Counted from the first letter of the stretch, positions 26,732 through 37,003 are shown. The stretch is DNA of 64,000 bases from Patescibacteria group bacterium (GCA_038063755.1 JBBTUL010000013.1:12876-76875); one strand, 5' to 3'. Notes: a model not told the origin generated them from the letters alone. Translations and numbers: made by a program.

Positions 26732-26765
26732 AAAACTTCCCGCTTTGGGCGGGAAGTTTTTTATT
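26730..26765. terminator. bidirectional rho-independent terminator between convergent genes
   Basis: AACTTCCCGC-tttgg-GCGGGAAGTT flanked by A6 and T8. Confidence 0.65.
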
Positions 26766-28698
26766 ACAGCTTGTAAATAAATATCGAAGTTCCGGCACGG
26801 TAGTCGGGGACGGGGGCTCCTCCTAGGCCGGGCTCCCATTTTCTTCCCTTGGTGAGCCATGAGTATTCATCAGCAGGATTTCTTACGAAGCCGTTTGTGC
26901 TTACAACGGGCTGGATAGATCCCTGAATTGAGTTTATAGAAACTGCGAACCATTCGATACCAGCATCTTTTGGATTTCCGCGCGATGACCACCAGCTCTC
27001 AGTGCGGCCGCCGAGATAATACGCAGGATCCCCGCCGCCGAAATAATCAAGGGCGATCTTCTTTACTTCCGGGCGAAGGTCGGCCCACCTTTTTAGGTTC
27101 AGCAGATCTTGTCCCCAGTCATAGTTTGAGTCCGTCACATATCGATATCCTCCCCAGGTTCCCTTTCCAAACTGGTTGAAGTATGAGAGGAAATTTGGCG
27201 CAATCATGATCGTTTCAAACACAAGCCAAAGCATGAGGGCGAAAATAAAAGATCCGCGAAGCGAAGCGCGAGCAAAAGACCTTATAAAGGACCAGAACAC
27301 CTGCAATCGTGATTCGGCGTACGGGATTTCAATGTTCGCAACGGACTTTCTCCAGAAATTTGCCGCAAGAATATAAAGAAGCGGCAGACTTGGGAAGAGG
27401 TGTCTAAAACCGATATTTAACGGGCTTTTCATGCTGTAGACCCAGTAAAGAACGACGAAAGAGGCGATCGAAAACTCCGTAAAGTGATTTTTAAGATAGT
27501 CAACGAATATGACTCCGGTCCGCCTACCGTATTTCCAAAGTGTTTTTGTGTTTCGAACAAGCGTGGTTATGAGCCAGCTTAAAACCAGAATAAGAATTGG
27601 AATCGGCTCTTTGAGCAGGTAGACGACAGGGAAGTACCAGCGCGAACCCTCGTTCGAGACTGTCCCCAGGAAGTAATTCGTATTTCCTCCCGCGGCACGC
27701 TGTACCACCATCAGGACGCCGATCATATATTCGGCAAGAGGTCGAGTCACCGCGTTCTTCGACATCCAGATATTTAAATCTGCGATGCAGCGAACTGGTT
27801 TACAGACTTGTCCTTGAGGAGTCGGACCTTCCGCAAATGATCGGAGGATATATGTCGTATCAGCCACTTGCCGATCAATCGGGTATTTGGCAGTAAAAAG
27901 GAAATAGACCGGATAAACAATGAGTACATAACCGATAGCGAATACAGCTATCGTTCGCAGGACATCTTTTAAGACTGCGCGGAGGCGATTTTTCCAGCCG
28001 AATTGTTCGCGGAGGAAAAGCGCGTAGACAACAGCCAAGAATCCGAACAGCGGAATAAGAAGCACCGCGGAAAATTTCATAAGTTCGGCGATGCCGAAAG
28101 CTATACTTCCCGCAAGAAGTGATTTCCACGATGGCGCGCGGAGCATCTTAACGAAAAAGTATGTTCCGAGGATGATGCCGAGGGCCGCGCCAACATCCGT
28201 GGTCACATATTCTCCGTGCGCGAGGAATGATGGCGAGAAGCCAAGCATGAGTGTTGGGAGGAGCGCCCAAAGGGGCCCCATGAGCTCCCTGCTCCAAACG
28301 TAGACAAGGATAAGCAGGAGTATAAAAAGAAGCATTGGACCTAGTCGAGAAACGCGCACGATAAGGTCAGGATCGTTTCCGGAGCCATACAAAAACGCTC
28401 TTCCCATGTCCCATTGTCCGTTTATGGCCGTAGTCCAAGCGGTGATTTCGGTTGGGAATTTGAGATCGTAGAAAAGAAGGGGAAGCGCCGCGATAGCTTT
28501 TATGAGCGGCGGGTGCTCAGGATTCAGTCGGAAGTCAAAGTATTTTACGTATGAATACCCCGACGGAATGTGCGCAAGTTCGTCCATGACCGCGCTGCTT
28601 TGTCTCGAGGCAAAGAGCATGAGACTAAAGGACGAGCAAACAATGAATATAAGGGCAATCAAACCAAGCCTTCGGCCGATGCGAGTTGTTTCATTCAT
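26764..28698 (-). CDS. GT-C fold glycosyltransferase family 39 (ArnT/PMT-like) membrane protein
   Basis: MDELAHIPSGYSY..PEHPPLIKAIAALPL, the DE motif in the first extracytoplasmic loop. More than 10 TM helices. Confidence 0.7.
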   Translation of the reverse strand: MNETTRIGRRLGLIALIFIVCSSFSLMLFASRQSSAVMDELAHIPSGYSYVKYFDFRLNPEHPPLIKAIAALPLLFYDLKFPTEITAWTTAINGQWDMGRAFLYGSGNDPDLIVRVSRLGPMLLFILLLILVYVWSRELMGPLWALLPTLMLGFSPSFLAHGEYVTTDVGAALGIILGTYFFVKMLRAPSWKSLLAGSIAFGIAELMKFSAVLLIPLFGFLAVVYALFLREQFGWKNRLRAVLKDVLRTIAVFAIGYVLIVYPVYFLFTAKYPIDRQVADTTYILRSFAEGPTPQGQVCKPVRCIADLNIWMSKNAVTRPLAEYMIGVLMVVQRAAGGNTNYFLGTVSNEGSRWYFPVVYLLKEPIPILILVLSWLITTLVRNTKTLWKYGRRTGVIFVDYLKNHFTEFSIASFVVLYWVYSMKSPLNIGFRHLFPSLPLLYILAANFWRKSVANIEIPYAESRLQVFWSFIRSFARASLRGSFIFALMLWLVFETIMIAPNFLSYFNQFGKGTWGGYRYVTDSNYDWGQDLLNLKRWADLRPEVKKIALDYFGGGDPAYYLGGRTESWWSSRGNPKDAGIEWFAVSINSIQGSIQPVVSTNGFVRNPADEYSWLTKGRKWEPGLGGAPVPDYRAGTSIFIYKL

Positions 28699-28752
28699 GT
28701 CTATATTTTATCACATCGCAAAACACCGCATCATGGGATATCATGGTAGTAC

Positions 28753-30801
28753 ATGCCAGAGAAAGTAAGCAGGAAAAATATCAACAGAGAGGTCCGAGAC
28801 ATCAAAAATCCTCAAAGCGTTGAAAAACGGATGCAATCGCGCGAAGAAAAGGTTCGTGAGCGCGCCGAAACATTGGACGAGAAGGCGGGAGTTGTTTTAA
28901 AAAGGCTTCCGCTTGAGATAGAAGAAGCGAAGCTCTATGATCCGCCGCGAAATCCGAACAAGAGAATGGTCATTTTTCTTACGGTTTTCCTTGTGTTGGC
29001 CATTTCTCTGGGATCGTTTGCGTGGTGGTTCGGCGGTGCGGTTAGAAAACTGGAGTCCATTCGTTTCCTCGCCGAGGAAAACGCCAGAAATCTCAACCCT
29101 TTGGCCTCAGAAGGCGGATCGGCAGGAAACGTTTCCGTGAAGAGCTTTTTAGGGAAAGTTCAATTACTCAAATTCGCAAAAGAGATACCGACGTTATATA
29201 GGACAGTTGCTGGTCTTTCGGTTTCTATGGATCGCATTTCGAGGGAGATACAAGCATTCGAAGATGGGTTTCCAAATGTCCTTTTCGGAAAAGGAAGCGT
29301 TGCTTTTACGGATATCCTAGCAAGCGTGAGGGACAGCCTTCGGGATATCGAGAAGCTTTCAGCAGAAATTCTTTCGCGAGATTCCGCGTTGCGGGAATAT
29401 CTCCCGCAGTCTGAAGGCTATCTTTCGTGGAGCGGGCATCTTTCGCGTTCGATTCAGCTCCTGGAAAGCACCATTACAACTTTCGCGAGCGCCGAGCCTC
29501 GCCACATCTTTATCATTTTCCAAAACAACTCGGAGATGCGTCCAACGGGTGGATTTTGGGGAAGTTTTGCCGATGCGAAGATTAAGGGAGGGAAGATAGA
29601 GAAGCTTATCGTCTACGACATAAATGAGCTTAATCGAACTGACGTGCGAAATATAATCCCCCCAAAGCCGCTTCAGGTGATCGCATCTCGATGGCGAGCC
29701 GCGGATGCAAATTGGTTTTTTTCTTATGCTGACTCAGCGGCTAAGTTTTCCGAATTCGCGAAAGCATCGGGACTTTTCGACGGCGCTTCGACGACCGTTG
29801 ATGCGGTGATCGCCGTCTCTCCGGGGCTCGTTTCAGACATATTGAAGATTACTGGACCAATCGAAATTTCAACCGGGACGGTGATCACAAACGAAAACTT
29901 TCTTGTTTCTATTCAGGAGGAAGTTCAGGAGGGACAGGCGAAGAAAGAAAAAGAGCCGAAACGAGTACTCAAAGAACTGCTTCCGATGCTTGTCGAGCGA
30001 ATTGGAGAAGTTTCTGATAAAGAAAAGATTTTTGAGCTTATTCCTTCGTGGCTTCAAGAAAGAGACATCATGATTTGGGCGAGCGATCCGTCTGTGGAAA
30101 AGATATTCGCATACTACGGGGCTGATGGAGGCGTTTTTCAGCCACCACGGCTTTTCTCGGGTGACTATCTGGCGGTTGTTCCGGCAAACATCGGAGGAGC
30201 GAAGACCGATCTCTACATAACGCAGGATGTAAAGCTTGACAGCAACATAGATGAATCAGGTCTCATCACGAACCGCCTCGAAATAAAGCGAACTCATGGC
30301 GGAAACAAGGCCGTGCAATGGTGGTACCGAGAGCCCAACCAGGCGTACATGCGCGTTTTCGTTCCGCGAGACGCGCGGCTTCTTGATGCAACCGGCGGAG
30401 TGGCAAAAAAAATAGTTCCAAAGGTGTCGTACAAAAATGGATTCATTGCAGATCCAGACGTTTCTCTGATTGAAGCATCGAGAGAAATCTTCGAGGACTT
30501 CCCGCTCGTTGAAAGGTTTATTGAATCCGGGAAGAGTGTTTTTGCGCTCTGGACAAGGGTTGAAAGGGGAAAGTCGACGAAAATAACATTCGAATATTCA
30601 CGACGTCTTTCTGGCGCACCTATTTCCGGCGGAACATATGATTTTACCCTTGAAGCGCCTCCTGGCATTTTTGGGTCCTATCACATATCCATAACCGCTC
30701 CTCCTGGTTTTGTTTGGAGCGAAACTGATTCCCCGACATATGGATATACTGGAGACGCAGGTGGGCGAATTACGAAAACATTGACATTTTCGGCAATTTG
30801 A
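28753..30801 (+). CDS. membrane-anchored extracytoplasmic protein, DUF4012-like
   Basis: N-terminal TM at ~aa 72-92, then a large domain containing NNSEMRPTGGFWGSFA. Assigned to DUF4012 from memory only. Confidence 0.45.
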   Translation: MPEKVSRKNINREVRDIKNPQSVEKRMQSREEKVRERAETLDEKAGVVLKRLPLEIEEAKLYDPPRNPNKRMVIFLTVFLVLAISLGSFAWWFGGAVRKLESIRFLAEENARNLNPLASEGGSAGNVSVKSFLGKVQLLKFAKEIPTLYRTVAGLSVSMDRISREIQAFEDGFPNVLFGKGSVAFTDILASVRDSLRDIEKLSAEILSRDSALREYLPQSEGYLSWSGHLSRSIQLLESTITTFASAEPRHIFIIFQNNSEMRPTGGFWGSFADAKIKGGKIEKLIVYDINELNRTDVRNIIPPKPLQVIASRWRAADANWFFSYADSAAKFSEFAKASGLFDGASTTVDAVIAVSPGLVSDILKITGPIEISTGTVITNENFLVSIQEEVQEGQAKKEKEPKRVLKELLPMLVERIGEVSDKEKIFELIPSWLQERDIMIWASDPSVEKIFAYYGADGGVFQPPRLFSGDYLAVVPANIGGAKTDLYITQDVKLDSNIDESGLITNRLEIKRTHGGNKAVQWWYREPNQAYMRVFVPRDARLLDATGGVAKKIVPKVSYKNGFIADPDVSLIEASREIFEDFPLVERFIESGKSVFALWTRVERGKSTKITFEYSRRLSGAPISGGTYDFTLEAPPGIFGSYHISITAPPGFVWSETDSPTYGYTGDAGGRITKTLTFSAI

Positions 30802-30842
30802 TTGTAGGCTCTCCTTAGCAGTTCAAGAAGGAGGAGGCGAGA

Positions 30843-31268
30843 ATGTTCGACTTTGACTATGGGCCCGGTCGGCGTGGATCATTGTCTACGGGCGTCCTCG
30901 GCACAGAAGACCGTGGAGGATCCGACGTGCTTGATCTTCTTCGCAAGATGACCGAATTTGCGACAGCTTATGTTGCGCAGAAAACTGAAGAAATCAGGAA
31001 ACAAATCACGAGTTACGGGTTTCGTTTTACAGAGACCGTATTTTTGGGATTCCGTTTGGAGCTCGAGGAGGGGAGTCCTACGGTCGTTATTGCGGCGAAG
31101 ACTGGATGTCTTGATCCCCGCCACTTCGCCGAGGCCGACCCATCCAAGATTTCTGACCCGACTGATCTTTGGGAACTTTGGTTGACATCATTCCATCTGC
31201 CGCTTGAAGATGTAATTCGGCAGATTAATTCATCCCCGATCGATCCAGCGACCACCCCGTCTTCATAG
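30843..31268 (+). CDS. hypothetical protein
   Basis: 141 aa, no motif recognised. Strong RBS GAAGGAGGAGG 7 nt upstream. Confidence 0.45.
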   Translation: MFDFDYGPGRRGSLSTGVLGTEDRGGSDVLDLLRKMTEFATAYVAQKTEEIRKQITSYGFRFTETVFLGFRLELEEGSPTVVIAAKTGCLDPRHFAEADPSKISDPTDLWELWLTSFHLPLEDVIRQINSSPIDPATTPSS

Positions 31269-31302
31269 ACGGGATTTTTTATTTGCCGCATAATAAGCCC
31301 TG

Positions 31303-33105
31303 ATGGATCATATCAGAAACTTTGTTATTACTGCTCATATTGACCATGGAAAATCAACTTTAGCCGACAGGTTTCTTGAGATTACACACACCGTTGAAGC
31401 GAGGCGGATGCGCGCTCAGTATCTCGACCAGCTTGACCTTGAACGAGAGAGGGGAATCACGATAAAAATGGCTCCCGTACGAATGCGCTATGAGCACAAG
31501 GGAAGGGAGTATATGCTAAACCTTATCGACACTCCGGGACATTCGGATTTTTCATATGAAGTTTCCCGCGCGCTTGCCGCGGTTGAAGGTGCGGTTCTCT
31601 TGGTTGATGTGACAAAAGGGATTCAAGCACAGACGCTTTCGAATTTTCGTGCGGCAAAAAAAGCGGGACTCACTATCATAGGAGCGGTGAACAAGATCGA
31701 CATGCAGTCTGCGAGGACGGAAGAAACGATCATTTCCCTCGCAGAGCTTCTTGAGACGGACCCGGAAAATATTTTCAGGATATCTGCAAAGACAGGAGAT
31801 GGAGTAGAGGAGCTTTTGAAAAAAGTAATCGAGCGCGTTCCCGCTCCGAAGTCAATCGATGGCGAGAAATGCGCTTTCTCACGCGCTCTTATCTTTGACT
31901 CCCTTTACGATGACCATAAAGGAATCCTTGCATACGTCAGGGTTTTCAGTGGAAGCTTTGTTCCACAAAAAGACATGGAACTTATCGCCGGAAACACCAC
32001 CTGCAAGGCGAAGGAGGCCGGATATTTTTCGCCACAGACAACACCGGCAAAAGGACTTTTCGAGGGAGAGATTGGATATATCGCAACGGGGCTTAAAGAA
32101 CCCGAGAAGGTGAGGATCGGAGACACCATCCTTCAGGCGCAGGGCGCGGAGGCTTCTGTCGGGCGAGACAAAAAATACGCACTCGTCGGGTATCGCGATC
32201 CGATATCGGTCGTTTTTATTTCATTTTATCCCGACGGCGCGACGAAATTCGAAGATCTCAAAAAAGGCCTTGACCGGTTACGGCTCACCGATGCAGCTCT
32301 TCAGATCGAGCCGGATGCAAACGAGGCTTTGGGGCGCGGATTAAAAGTTGGTTTTTTGGGGCAGCTGCATTTTGACATCACCGCGAGCAGGCTTGAGCGT
32401 GAGTTCCATCTGTCGTTTCTCACGAGTTTTCCCTCAATCGCATATCGAGTGAAAGATAAGACTGGGGAGCGCATCGTTAAAGAACCGCATGCATTTCCGA
32501 ACGATCCCGACCAGGTATGGGAACCGATGATTGACATGGAAATAGTGGTTCCATCATCCTACCTTCAGTCGGTGCTTGCGCTAAACCAAATATTTGCATT
32601 TGAAGTGAAGGAAATGCACACGCTTGGATCGAACATCCTTCTCGAATGCATTATGCCGCTCGCTGAGCTGGTGCGAGACTTTGATGATCAGCTGAAGTCA
32701 GCTTCCGCCGGATTTGCGTCGTTTAGTTACGAGCTTGGGGCGGAGCGGGAGGCGAACTCGGAAAAGCTCGAAATTCTTGTTGCAGATGAGGTTGTGCCTG
32801 CGCTTACGCGTATTGTTGCGGAAAAAGACATGGAGCGGGAAGCGCGAAATACCGTTGAACGGCTGAAGGATCTCTTGCCGAAAGTACAGTTTGCGCAAGC
32901 AATCCAGGCTCGTGTTCGCGGGAGGATTCTTGCTCGCGAAACGATCGCGGCGTTAAAAAAAGACGTGACTGGGTATCTTTACGGCGGAGATCGAACGAGA
33001 AAAATGAAGCTTTGGAAAAAGCAAAAGAGGGGAAAGTCCGAACTTAAAGAGCGCGGCAGGGTGACGGTTCCGGTTTCGGTTTTTCGCGAAATATTAAAGA
33101 AGTAA
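31303..33105 (+). CDS. lepA: translation elongation factor 4 (LepA)
   Basis: IRNFVITAHIDHGKSTLADR G-domain and the LepA-specific C-terminal domain. Confidence 0.95.
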   Translation: MDHIRNFVITAHIDHGKSTLADRFLEITHTVEARRMRAQYLDQLDLERERGITIKMAPVRMRYEHKGREYMLNLIDTPGHSDFSYEVSRALAAVEGAVLLVDVTKGIQAQTLSNFRAAKKAGLTIIGAVNKIDMQSARTEETIISLAELLETDPENIFRISAKTGDGVEELLKKVIERVPAPKSIDGEKCAFSRALIFDSLYDDHKGILAYVRVFSGSFVPQKDMELIAGNTTCKAKEAGYFSPQTTPAKGLFEGEIGYIATGLKEPEKVRIGDTILQAQGAEASVGRDKKYALVGYRDPISVVFISFYPDGATKFEDLKKGLDRLRLTDAALQIEPDANEALGRGLKVGFLGQLHFDITASRLEREFHLSFLTSFPSIAYRVKDKTGERIVKEPHAFPNDPDQVWEPMIDMEIVVPSSYLQSVLALNQIFAFEVKEMHTLGSNILLECIMPLAELVRDFDDQLKSASAGFASFSYELGAEREANSEKLEILVADEVVPALTRIVAEKDMEREARNTVERLKDLLPKVQFAQAIQARVRGRILARETIAALKKDVTGYLYGGDRTRKMKLWKKQKRGKSELKERGRVTVPVSVFREILKK

Positions 33106-33152
33106 GCGAGAACGTTGCCCCATTTTCCTTTCAAGGCTATGCTGAAAGAATC

Positions 33153-33437
33153 ATGATGCGACTCTGGATCCTAATCATTCTTGTTGTTTTTCTTGCACTT
33201 ATCGTTATGCAGATCAGTGCGTTTTGGGAGAAGAGGGGAGATGAGGAGATAAAGCTTGGAGAAACAAAGGCGGCACTCGAAAGAGCGAAGGAGGATCAGG
33301 AAAAACTCGAACGCGATTTCAGTTTTTACCTTCGCCCCGAAAATCTAGAGAAAGAACTTCGTGCAAGGTTTAACTACAAGTTACCGGGTGAAAAAACCAT
33401 AATCTTGATTCCTCAAGAATCCAATGAACAGCCCTAA
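33153..33437 (+). CDS. FtsB/DivIC-like septum formation initiator
   Basis: N-terminal TM, a coiled coil, and a C-terminal ..YKLPGEKTIILIP motif. Confidence 0.5.
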   Translation: MMRLWILIILVVFLALIVMQISAFWEKRGDEEIKLGETKAALERAKEDQEKLERDFSFYLRPENLEKELRARFNYKLPGEKTIILIPQESNEQP

Positions 33438-34014
33438 GCGGTGTATGTTTCCAAGTTCGACGGCATGGATCGGCTTCGTCGCGATCCTCCTTGTTGTCGG
33501 CGTGATTATCCTTTCCGGTTATTATCCACTCGCCCTAGTTGGACCGACTCCGCTATTCGCAAGGGACGTTTTGCGACGCGAAAAGGCGACGCTTAAAATG
33601 TACGATTTGTTCTCCCAGGCACGAGGCGCGACGAGTACGAATCCTCTCTACCAAGAAAAGGAGCAAATTGTTCGAATTGTTGTAGTAGAACAGCTCATAA
33701 ACGAAAGCCTCGTAAGACGAGAACTCAAAAGACGACTGAGCGACGGGGTCGTTGAAGAGATGGTGCGTGGAATGTTCGGACAAATTAATATTCAAAGGAT
33801 TGTTGAAAGTGCGGGCGAGATTTACGGCGATGACCCCGAAATTATAATAAAGGATGTTCTTGTTCCTCAGGCGCAACAAGATCTTCTTCGCAGCGACCTT
33901 CTTCTCGAAAATAAAAAATTCGACGAGTGGCTGGTTTTGGCTAGGGAGGACGCGAAAGTTTTTATCTTTATGCGAGGGATTGTCTGGGATGGCGCGCACG
34001 CGATAAAGGAATAA
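33424..34014 (+). CDS. hypothetical membrane-anchored protein
   Basis: 196 aa with an N-terminal TM. No motif recognised. Overlaps the previous gene by 14 nt. Confidence 0.4.
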   Translation: MNSPKRCMFPSSTAWIGFVAILLVVGVIILSGYYPLALVGPTPLFARDVLRREKATLKMYDLFSQARGATSTNPLYQEKEQIVRIVVVEQLINESLVRRELKRRLSDGVVEEMVRGMFGQINIQRIVESAGEIYGDDPEIIIKDVLVPQAQQDLLRSDLLLENKKFDEWLVLAREDAKVFIFMRGIVWDGAHAIKE

Positions 34015-34036
34015 GCCCCTCAGAGGGGCTTATTTG
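34013..34036. terminator. hairpin between convergent genes, a weak bidirectional terminator
   Basis: AAGCCCCT-cag-AGGGGCTT, followed by only a short T-run. Confidence 0.4.
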
Positions 34037-34061
34037 ACGCGATCTGTGCGAAGGACGTCCC

Positions 34062-34853
34062 TTACTCGATTTCGTATTGCATTTGAACGGTCACGACGAC
34101 ATCTTGCGATCCAGGTTCAATTGCTGGAGCGGCCAAGCTTTCAGCTTTGAGCAACATGTCTCCACCATACCCGCCCCCGCGGCCATAGATCGGCTGGACC
34201 TCTCCCGCCTCTCCCAGGCTAAGCAGGCGTCCGACGCTAAACCCGCCCGCCTTCGCGATCGCCTCGGCTTTTGTGCGAGCCTGTTCGATAGCCTTTGTAC
34301 GAGCTTCTGCGCGAGTTTTTTCAAGGTCGTCTACTTTAAAGCTTAGTCCTGAAACCGAATTCGCCCCTTCTTTTACGACACCCGAGACAATGCCTCCGGC
34401 CTTGCTAAAGTCACGAACCTTGACGGTTACAGACTGGTTTACGACATATCCGACAATTTCTGGCGGAGGACAAGGGGTCGGTTGCGTAGTTAGGACTCCA
34501 GGATTGCAATTATAGTACTGGTAGCGAGGTTCAACGTTGTATCCTTGAGTTTGAATATCTTTCGCGTCGACACCCTCCGACTTTAGGAAAGCATTGGCTT
34601 TATTTATCTTTTCGGTGTTTTCGGCCTGGAGCTTTCCAAGGTCTTTGCCTCCTTGTGTAACAACGCTGAAATTAAATTCGGCAACGTCAGGAACGGTGAT
34701 GACCTTTCCTTCTCCGGTTACCGAAAAACTTCTGAAAGACGACGGTTCGATTGATTTTGAATATGACCTAACGTATCCGGCCGCAGCGAGGGTTAGTCCC
34801 ACAAGAGCGATAATCCCTGCAATGCCTAGATAATTTTTCATTTTTTCTGACAT
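34062..34853 (-). CDS. SIMPL-domain (DUF541 / BP26-like) periplasmic protein
   Basis: Signal anchor, ..ITVPDVAEFNFSVVTQGKD.. and a C-terminal ..QDVVVTVQMQYEI, the typical SIMPL architecture. Confidence 0.7.
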   Translation of the reverse strand: MSEKMKNYLGIAGIIALVGLTLAAAGYVRSYSKSIEPSSFRSFSVTGEGKVITVPDVAEFNFSVVTQGGKDLGKLQAENTEKINKANAFLKSEGVDAKDIQTQGYNVEPRYQYYNCNPGVLTTQPTPCPPPEIVGYVVNQSVTVKVRDFSKAGGIVSGVVKEGANSVSGLSFKVDDLEKTRAEARTKAIEQARTKAEAIAKAGGFSVGRLLSLGEAGEVQPIYGRGGGYGGDMLLKAESLAAPAIEPGSQDVVVTVQMQYEIE

Positions 34854-34958
34854 TTTTTTATTTTATTTCGACTGTTCGTTTATTTTTATTGTAGCGGATG
34901 ATGGTTTTCCTCATAGAGCGAAAAACAACAAGGCTCTCTTGTGTATAAGACGGAGGAG

Positions 34959-35198
34959 CTAGACAATTCTTACGCGTTTTATCTTTGAGGTGTGGCCGGA
35001 TTTGATCTTTACCGACGAGAGAGGAACGGAAAAATGCTTCGCAAGGAGGCGACAGAGGGCTTCGTTCGCCCTTCCTTTTTCTCGTAACGTTTTTACGGAT
35101 GCGCGATAGAACACCCTTCCATTTTCATCGACAAGGGCATCCGATACGTTTTCAGTTTTCGCTCTCGCAGAGACGAGTACGGTGATGTCCATCGTCAT
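34959..35198 (-). CDS. DUF167 (YggU-like) small protein
   Basis: 79 aa. The ..GRANEALCRLLAKHFSVPLSSVKIKSGHTSKIKRVRI ending is typical of the UPF0235/DUF167 family. Confidence 0.6.
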   Translation of the reverse strand: MTMDITVLVSARAKTENVSDALVDENGRVFYRASVKTLREKGRANEALCRLLAKHFSVPLSSVKIKSGHTSKIKRVRIV

Positions 35199-35626
35199 AG
35201 ACCGGTTCGCTTCAGGTATGCGTCGAATGCAGAAAAAAGATTTTCGATAACCGGATAGTCTCTGTATTTTAACGGGTCAATCCAGACATATTCGTCGTGG
35301 TCTTCGCTGAGGTGAATATCGGTTCCCGATGCGTCGCAGGCGAAGAAGGTTCGTACGATGTGCCACGTTTCACCACGGACAACTGGCTTTGGTTCCGCAT
35401 CGCTTACAAAAAACGGATCGCCGACAGCAACATGAAGACCAGTTTCTTCAAGCGCCTCTCGAGCGAGTGCTTTTTTGAGATCTTCTCCTGGAGTTATTCT
35501 GCCGCCAGGCAGATCATATTCTTTCGTTCGAGTGCCATCCTTGTACGTTGCCGACTCTCGGATGAGAAGAATCTTCCCGTCATTTCTGATGAATCCCTTC
35601 ACGGCGACGAACAGTCTTACTTCCAT
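35195..35626 (-). CDS. NUDIX hydrolase
   Basis: Nudix box GGRITPGEDLKKALAREALEETGL. Overlaps the downstream gene by 4 nt. Confidence 0.8.
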   Translation of the reverse strand: MEVRLFVAVKGFIRNDGKILLIRESATYKDGTRTKEYDLPGGRITPGEDLKKALAREALEETGLHVAVGDPFFVSDAEPKPVVRGETWHIVRTFFACDASGTDIHLSEDHDEYVWIDPLKYRDYPVIENLFSAFDAYLKRTGL

Positions 35627-35632
35627 GACCCG

Positions 35633-36301
35633 CTAAAGAAGCTGAAATTCGTTTATTACAAGGCCAAAGCGGTATCCGAGATATTCCGCCGCTCTGCGGC
35701 AGTAGCTCATGCGCTCTGTGAATATCTCGAAGTATTCGAGTATGGGAACAAACGAGACGTCGATGGTTAGCGAAAGCGTGATTCTTTTCGCTTTGCTGTC
35801 CACGGAAAGATCGGAAGAAAGAGTCCCGTAATTTACTCGGTCGTGAATATCGCCGTTGGTCGCTTCGAGCGACTGCTCTCTGACGCGAGATCGGTCTACG
35901 TCGGACTTGTCTGCAAGGACGAGCACGGCTGCGACCGGATTCGAAAATTTCATGTCCTCTTTGTCGTGATTCGCGATTGCTTGGACTACAGAAACCAGTT
36001 CAGCTGGAGGCAGTTTCTCTTGAAAAACCTGATGAAAAAGAAGTCCTCCCCAGTAGTGATGCTGGGTGCGACCCATGAAATTGCCCATGTCATGGCAAAA
36101 CCCGGCGATTGCGGCAATCTCTTGAGTCCGATCGTCAAGGCCGACTTCGCGCGCAACTTCCCGCGCACGGCGAGCGACAAGGGTGACATGACGGAGGCCA
36201 TGGTTCGTGTACCCTAAAAGTTCGAGCGATCGATCGCTTGCCGATATAAATTCAAGAATTTGAGGATGCTGACTTACCGAATCAAATACAAGCTTGTTCA
36301 T
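35633..36301 (-). CDS. HD-domain phosphohydrolase
   Basis: H..H (HGLRHVTL), HD (FCHDMG) and a distal HD (ANHDK). First gene of an HD-NUDIX-DUF167 minus-strand operon. Confidence 0.65.
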   Translation of the reverse strand: MNKLVFDSVSQHPQILEFISASDRSLELLGYTNHGLRHVTLVARRAREVAREVGLDDRTQEIAAIAGFCHDMGNFMGRTQHHYWGGLLFHQVFQEKLPPAELVSVVQAIANHDKEDMKFSNPVAAVLVLADKSDVDRSRVREQSLEATNGDIHDRVNYGTLSSDLSVDSKAKRITLSLTIDVSFVPILEYFEIFTERMSYCRRAAEYLGYRFGLVINEFQLL

Positions 36302-36342
36302 AAGAAATATTATACCTTCTTCTGCTGTGGTATACTATACAC

Positions 36343-36618
36343 ATGGAGACGCTCGTCCATGCTGATGTCTTCTTTTTCGTGACAACCATCGTCGTTGTTC
36401 TTGTCGGGGCGGCAGCTGTGATCTTACTTGTCTATCTTACGCTCATTCTTCGAGATATTCGGGCAGTGATGAAGAGAGCGAAGTGCGAAATCCAGGACCT
36501 TATGGACGATGCAAGGCGATTTCGCGAACATGTAATGGAAAACGGCATCACGCTCGGACAGATAATTTCTTTTTTCCGAATCAAAAGTCAAAAGAGGTCG
36601 AAACAAAAAAATAAATAA
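36343..36618 (+). CDS. hypothetical small single-TM protein
   Basis: 91 aa. An extended -10 TGgTATACT ends 6 nt before the ATG, so probably leaderless. Confidence 0.35.
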   Translation: METLVHADVFFFVTTIVVVLVGAAAVILLVYLTLILRDIRAVMKRAKCEIQDLMDDARRFREHVMENGITLGQIISFFRIKSQKRSKQKNK

Positions 36619-36631
36619 AATAACACCATTT

Positions 36632-37003
36632 ATGGCAAACAAGAATAAAAAGAAGGTTGTTTTGGGAGTCGGAGTTGCTGCTGCTGCGGCCGTTGCCCTT
36701 GCGGGAGCGTACTTCCTGTACGGCAAGGACGGAGTAAAAAACAGGAAGAAAGTGAAGGGTTGGATGCTTAAGGCGAAGGGAGAAGTGCTCGAAAAGCTTG
36801 AGCAACTTGAACGTGTCACCCCAAAAGTATACGAGGACGTTGTTGCGGGGGTTATGAGCCGCTATAAAAAACTGAAGAGCGTTGATGCGAAGGACCTAGC
36901 GAATCTTTCTCGCGAACTCAAGGCTTCATGGAAGCATGTGTCCGGCGAAAAAAAGGAGAGTGCTGTAAAAAAGCCAAGGAGAGCTTCGCGAAGAAGGGCG
37001 TAA
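36632..37003 (+). CDS. hypothetical single-TM, Lys-rich protein
   Basis: 123 aa with an N-terminal TM (VVLGVGVAAAAAVALAGAYFL) and a K/R-rich tail. Confidence 0.4.
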   Translation: MANKNKKKVVLGVGVAAAAAVALAGAYFLYGKDGVKNRKKVKGWMLKAKGEVLEKLEQLERVTPKVYEDVVAGVMSRYKKLKSVDAKDLANLSRELKASWKHVSGEKKESAVKKPRRASRRRA

